A DNA stretch of 64,000 bases from Sedimentisphaerales bacterium. GTDB taxonomy: Bacteria > Planctomycetota > Phycisphaerae > Sedimentisphaerales > SM23-30. Below, in pieces: positions 60,366 to 64,000 of this stretch. The first letter of the stretch is position 1. Each line of letters opens with the position of its first letter. A program made the position numbers and the translations under genes. Under the pieces are notes generated by a model that saw only the letters and a program-made list of their open reading frames with translations, had not been told where the DNA came from and made no database searches. The stretch covers positions 224,001 through 288,000 of the forward strand of contig CAXXFK010000033.1 in the NCBI GenBank assembly GCA_963663965.2, written 5' to 3'.

Positions 60366-62353
60366 CGTGAAACTCCAATACTGCTGAATATCAACAGAAA
60401 GATTACAATCACCAGAATATACAGCACATAAAGATGGGTCTGGCCGCGCTGCAAAACACGAAGCATCGGAAGATATTTGCCGAGGATGCCGAACAGCGGC
60501 ATGACCAACCTGTCAAGGAACGTATCCGGAACCATGCTCTTAAAGTGTGCGGTATCGGGAAAGAGCCGGCCGGTCGAAGGCCGAGTTGTTTTAGGCCAGA
60601 GGATAAAAGCAAACAGTCCCACAAGCATTTGTCCAAGTGATGAACCGGTATACTGAATTCTTGCCGTTGGCCGTGCGTAGCCGCAATCCCATGTTCCGGC
60701 TTTGCTGGCAATTTTGGTTTGCATCAGTTTTTTCAACGCGAGCACAATTATTCCGACAAACACAATAAAAACGAGTCCCATGACGGTCATCCACTTCAGC
60801 GGCGCCGCGGTTGTAATCGGAGCCGTATGCCCGGGCAGTAACGCCCATGTCTTTACCGCGTTATCAAGCGAGGTCGAGGCTATCATTGGAAAGAGCCCAA
60901 TACAACTGCAACCCAGCGCCAGAACCGCCATTGGGATTACCATGCTTGCCGGTGGCTGGTATTGATGATTACCCCTTTCATCGCGAGGAGCGCCAAGGAA
61001 CACCGCGCCAAACAGCTTCACAAAACACGCAACCGCCAGCGCTCCAGTCATGGCCAATGGGACTGCCGTTATCGCCGCGGCGGGGAATCCGGCCGCACCG
61101 TTAAGACCGATCGCGTTGAATAGTCCGCTGTAAATCAGCCATTCACTGGCAAAGCCGTTCAATGGCGGCAAGGCACAGATGGCAACCGCCCCGATGACAA
61201 ACAAAATCATGGTCAGCGGCATTTGTTTGGCCAATCCGCCCATCCGATCGATATTTCGCGTGTGACAGGCATGGATGATTGCTCCGGCATTCAGGAACAG
61301 CAACGATTTAAAAAGGCTGTGATTCCATATATGCAGCAGCGAACCGCCCAGCCCAAGGATAACCCATATCGGCTGGTTCTGCGACCGTCCGAGCAGCGCC
61401 AAACCCAGGCCAATCATAATGATTCCAATATTTTCTATGCTGCTGTATGCCAGGATTCGTTTGATGTCACTCTGGCCGATGGCAAATGCAATTCCCGCTA
61501 CACCGGTGACGGCTCCTGCAGTCAATGCCGTCACGCCCCACCAGTCCGCCGTTACGGGGAGCAGGGCCGTCATGCGTATGATGCCGTATACACCCATTTT
61601 GAGCATCACGCCGGACATGATCGCCGATACATGACTTGGCGCGTTCGCATGAGCTCCGGGCAGCCATACATGCAGAGGCATGATGCCCGCCTTGAATCCG
61701 AATCCGATAAATGACAAGACAAAGATAGTCCCGGCTAATTTCGTCGAAATGCCTTGCGCCGATGTCAATACCAATGAACCTGTTGTATGCTTCCAAAGTG
61801 CAAACATGGCAATCAGGCATAATGTGCCGACGTGCGTTGCGATCAAATAAATCCAGCCGGCCCGGCAAACTTCCGGGTTGTCATTTTCAGCCGTCGCCGC
61901 AAAAAAGGCGGAAACCGCCATCGTTTCCCATGCAATCAAAAATAAAACGGCATCATGTGCAATAACGACAAGCGCCATGGAACCGGCCAGCAAACCATAG
62001 AAGAAGGCCAGCGATCGTCCATTTTCCGGATGTTCCGACTGCTTCCAGTATCTCAATCCATAAATCGAGCCAAGCGCCGGCACCAAAAACACCGGCATCA
62101 AAAACACGATGCTGACAGCATCGACGGTTACGGCAAACTGTCCCCACGGCAAAAACCATGGCACAGACAATGCCGGCAAATCCGCCTGTTTGAACGATAC
62201 CGCTATCCCGCCGAATCCCGCCACACTGCCCAGAAGCATCAAACAGGAGGCTAGGCGTTGCCCTGTCATCGAACGCGATGAAAACAGGTAACCCGGAAGA
62301 CCGCTGAAACCTAATAGAATTACCGCCAAAAGTATCAACTGAATGCTTAACAT
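60362..62353 (-). CDS. hyfB: HyfB-like antiporter-type membrane subunit (copy 2)
   Basis: [58 protein letters not shown]; start may be GTG 62392. Confidence 0.9.
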   Translation of the reverse strand: MLSIQLILLAVILLGFSGLPGYLFSSRSMTGQRLASCLMLLGSVAGFGGIAVSFKQADLPALSVPWFLPWGQFAVTVDAVSIVFLMPVFLVPALGSIYGLRYWKQSEHPENGRSLAFFYGLLAGSMALVVIAHDAVLFLIAWETMAVSAFFAATAENDNPEVCRAGWIYLIATHVGTLCLIAMFALWKHTTGSLVLTSAQGISTKLAGTIFVLSFIGFGFKAGIMPLHVWLPGAHANAPSHVSAIMSGVMLKMGVYGIIRMTALLPVTADWWGVTALTAGAVTGVAGIAFAIGQSDIKRILAYSSIENIGIIMIGLGLALLGRSQNQPIWVILGLGGSLLHIWNHSLFKSLLFLNAGAIIHACHTRNIDRMGGLAKQMPLTMILFVIGAVAICALPPLNGFASEWLIYSGLFNAIGLNGAAGFPAAAITAVPLAMTGALAVACFVKLFGAVFLGAPRDERGNHQYQPPASMVIPMAVLALGCSCIGLFPMIASTSLDNAVKTWALLPGHTAPITTAAPLKWMTVMGLVFIVFVGIIVLALKKLMQTKIASKAGTWDCGYARPTARIQYTGSSLGQMLVGLFAFILWPKTTRPSTGRLFPDTAHFKSMVPDTFLDRLVMPLFGILGKYLPMLRVLQRGQTHLYVLYILVIVIFLLIFSSIGVSR

Positions 62354-62388
62354 ACTATTATTTTTCTGATTGTCCGCAAGGGACCGCA

Positions 62389-64000
62389 TCACCTTGCGAA
62401 CAATCGCATCATAACCTCCTTAAAAGGTATCATCGTGCTCAGCATCAGGATTACCGCAATCAGAATATAGAGCAAATAGTGTTGTGTAATTCCCTGCTGG
62501 AATCGGCGGAACCAGCCAAATCCTTTCTCAACCGTTCGGCAGGCCGGCCATATGATTCGATCCAGAATCATGTCACTCACATGACTGAACATCTTTGCCG
62601 ACTTCGGAAACAATCCACCGATAAGCGGATAATGAATATGCGGGCCAAGCACCCAGCGGAACATGGCCACGATCATCTGTGCAAACGAAGAGGCGGTGTA
62701 CTGTATTCGATTCGTCGGACAGGCATAGCCACAGTCCCAGGTGCCGACACAACGGGAAAACCGGCGGCAAAACCGCAGAAAGACCGTTATTGAGATAACT
62801 GGAATAACAAAGGATACCGCTAAAAAGCTAACCGTTTTCAAGGGGACAAGCTCGCTGATGCTTGTTATCGGCAAATCGGACTCAACCGTCCAGTTTGATA
62901 TGACGGTATCAAGAATCGGGGCCAGCAATACAGGCGTCAATCCAATCGCAAAGCAAGCGGCGGCCAGAACCATCATCGGCACACGCATACTCATGGGTGA
63001 TTCGTGGGCGTGAACCGTTGCTTCCGTACGCGGATTTCCAAGAAATACCGCACTGTAAACCTTCACGAAACAAGCGACCGCCAGTGCGCCAATCATGGCC
63101 AGAACCGGCACAACCATCACAGCGGCTGAGCCCATCGCTCCGTCAGTTATTATCGTTCTGAGCAAACCCAAATAAACAAACAGTTCGCTCACAAATCCGT
63201 TCAGTGGAGGCAAACCACAGATAGCCACCGCGCCGACAGCAAACATCGCAGCCGTCCATGGCATCGTTTTGGCAAGTCCACCCAGAGAATCGATATTCCG
63301 CGTATGCACATTGTGCACTACCGAGCCGGCGCTTAGAAACAGCAATGACTTGAACAAGCTGTGATTCCATGTATGTAACAGGCAGCCGGCCATCCCCAGT
63401 ACAATCCATCCCGGCTGACCGGCCGAACATCCCAGCATGGCCAGCCCAAGCCCCATCAGGATAATGCCGATGTTCTCGACACTGTGATACGCAAGCAGCC
63501 GTTTTAAATCATGCTGACCAATCGCGAATACGACCCCCAAAAGTCCGCTGATTGCGCCCAGCAGGAGAATCAGGCCACCCCACAAATATGGCGGATTCGG
63601 CAGCAGCGACAGGATTCGCACAAGACCATAGATACCCATTTTCAACACCACACCGGAAAGCATCGCGGAGACATGGCTTGGGGCATTGGCGTGCGCACCA
63701 GGCAGCCAAAAATGTAACGGCATGATACCTGCCTTCACGCCAAATCCTAAAAGCGACAGAAAAAATAAAACGTTCATGACACAGAGACTGATTGCGTCTT
63801 CGGGAATCGGCTTTAAATCATAAGAACCTGTTGCCCATCGCCAAAGGGCGAACATTGCAAACAGGGTTAAGGTGCCCAGATGTGTTGCGATGAGATAAAT
63901 CCAGCCGGCCCTCCGACACTCTTCTTTATGATCTTCCGCCGCAATTAAAAAGAATGCCGATAAAGCCATTGCTTCCCACCCGAACAGAAACGCCATGGCA
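62389..64000 (-). CDS. hyfB: HyfB-like antiporter-type membrane subunit (copy 1), 5' end outside the window
   Basis: [48 protein letters not shown]; aligns to an internal part of copy 2, so it is partial. Confidence 0.88.
   Translation of the reverse strand, partial: AMAFLFGWEAMALSAFFLIAAEDHKEECRRAGWIYLIATHLGTLTLFAMFALWRWATGSYDLKPIPEDAISLCVMNVLFFLSLLGFGVKAGIMPLHFWLPGAHANAPSHVSAMLSGVVLKMGIYGLVRILSLLPNPPYLWGGLILLLGAISGLLGVVFAIGQHDLKRLLAYHSVENIGIILMGLGLAMLGCSAGQPGWIVLGMAGCLLHTWNHSLFKSLLFLSAGSVVHNVHTRNIDSLGGLAKTMPWTAAMFAVGAVAICGLPPLNGFVSELFVYLGLLRTIITDGAMGSAAVMVVPVLAMIGALAVACFVKVYSAVFLGNPRTEATVHAHESPMSMRVPMMVLAAACFAIGLTPVLLAPILDTVISNWTVESDLPITSISELVPLKTVSFLAVSFVIPVISITVFLRFCRRFSRCVGTWDCGYACPTNRIQYTASSFAQMIVAMFRWVLGPHIHYPLIGGLFPKSAKMFSHVSDMILDRIIWPACRTVEKGFGWFRRFQQGITQHYLLYILIAVILMLSTMIPFKEVMMRLFAR

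Overview
A 64-kb bacterial chromosomal segment. The host is most likely a Planctomycetota member (Phycisphaerae/Sedimentisphaerales-like); this is an inference from the Gly/Met-rich PilM cluster, VPxPGA-type sorting tail, Tat sulfatase, DUF1080 and UroD-like genes. Core genes: ECF sigma/anti-sigma pair, CHASE4-GGDEF cyclase, alaS, tRNA-Lys(UUU), rfbC, pilM cluster, recG, nusA-infB-DUF503-rbfA-hisG, zwf, and a hyf-like membrane complex whose large subunit lacks the NiFe-ligating cysteines (Ehr type). Accessory material: (i) a decayed island between alaS and tRNA-Lys with an internally deleted type I hsdM, a four-helix-bundle gene embedded in 9-bp repeat arrays and several REP-like elements; (ii) an ISL3 element with an 8-bp target duplication and a frameshifted transposase; (iii) a carbohydrate-use cluster. 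The strongest unexplained signals are non-coding: an ORF-free ~285-nt multi-hairpin unit at 30209-30494 with its own sigma70-type promoter and terminator (candidate new or divergent 6S-like ncRNA), a ~67-nt promoter-terminator unit at 14325-14391, and an attenuator-like nusA leader. All family assignments are from motif recognition, not database searches.
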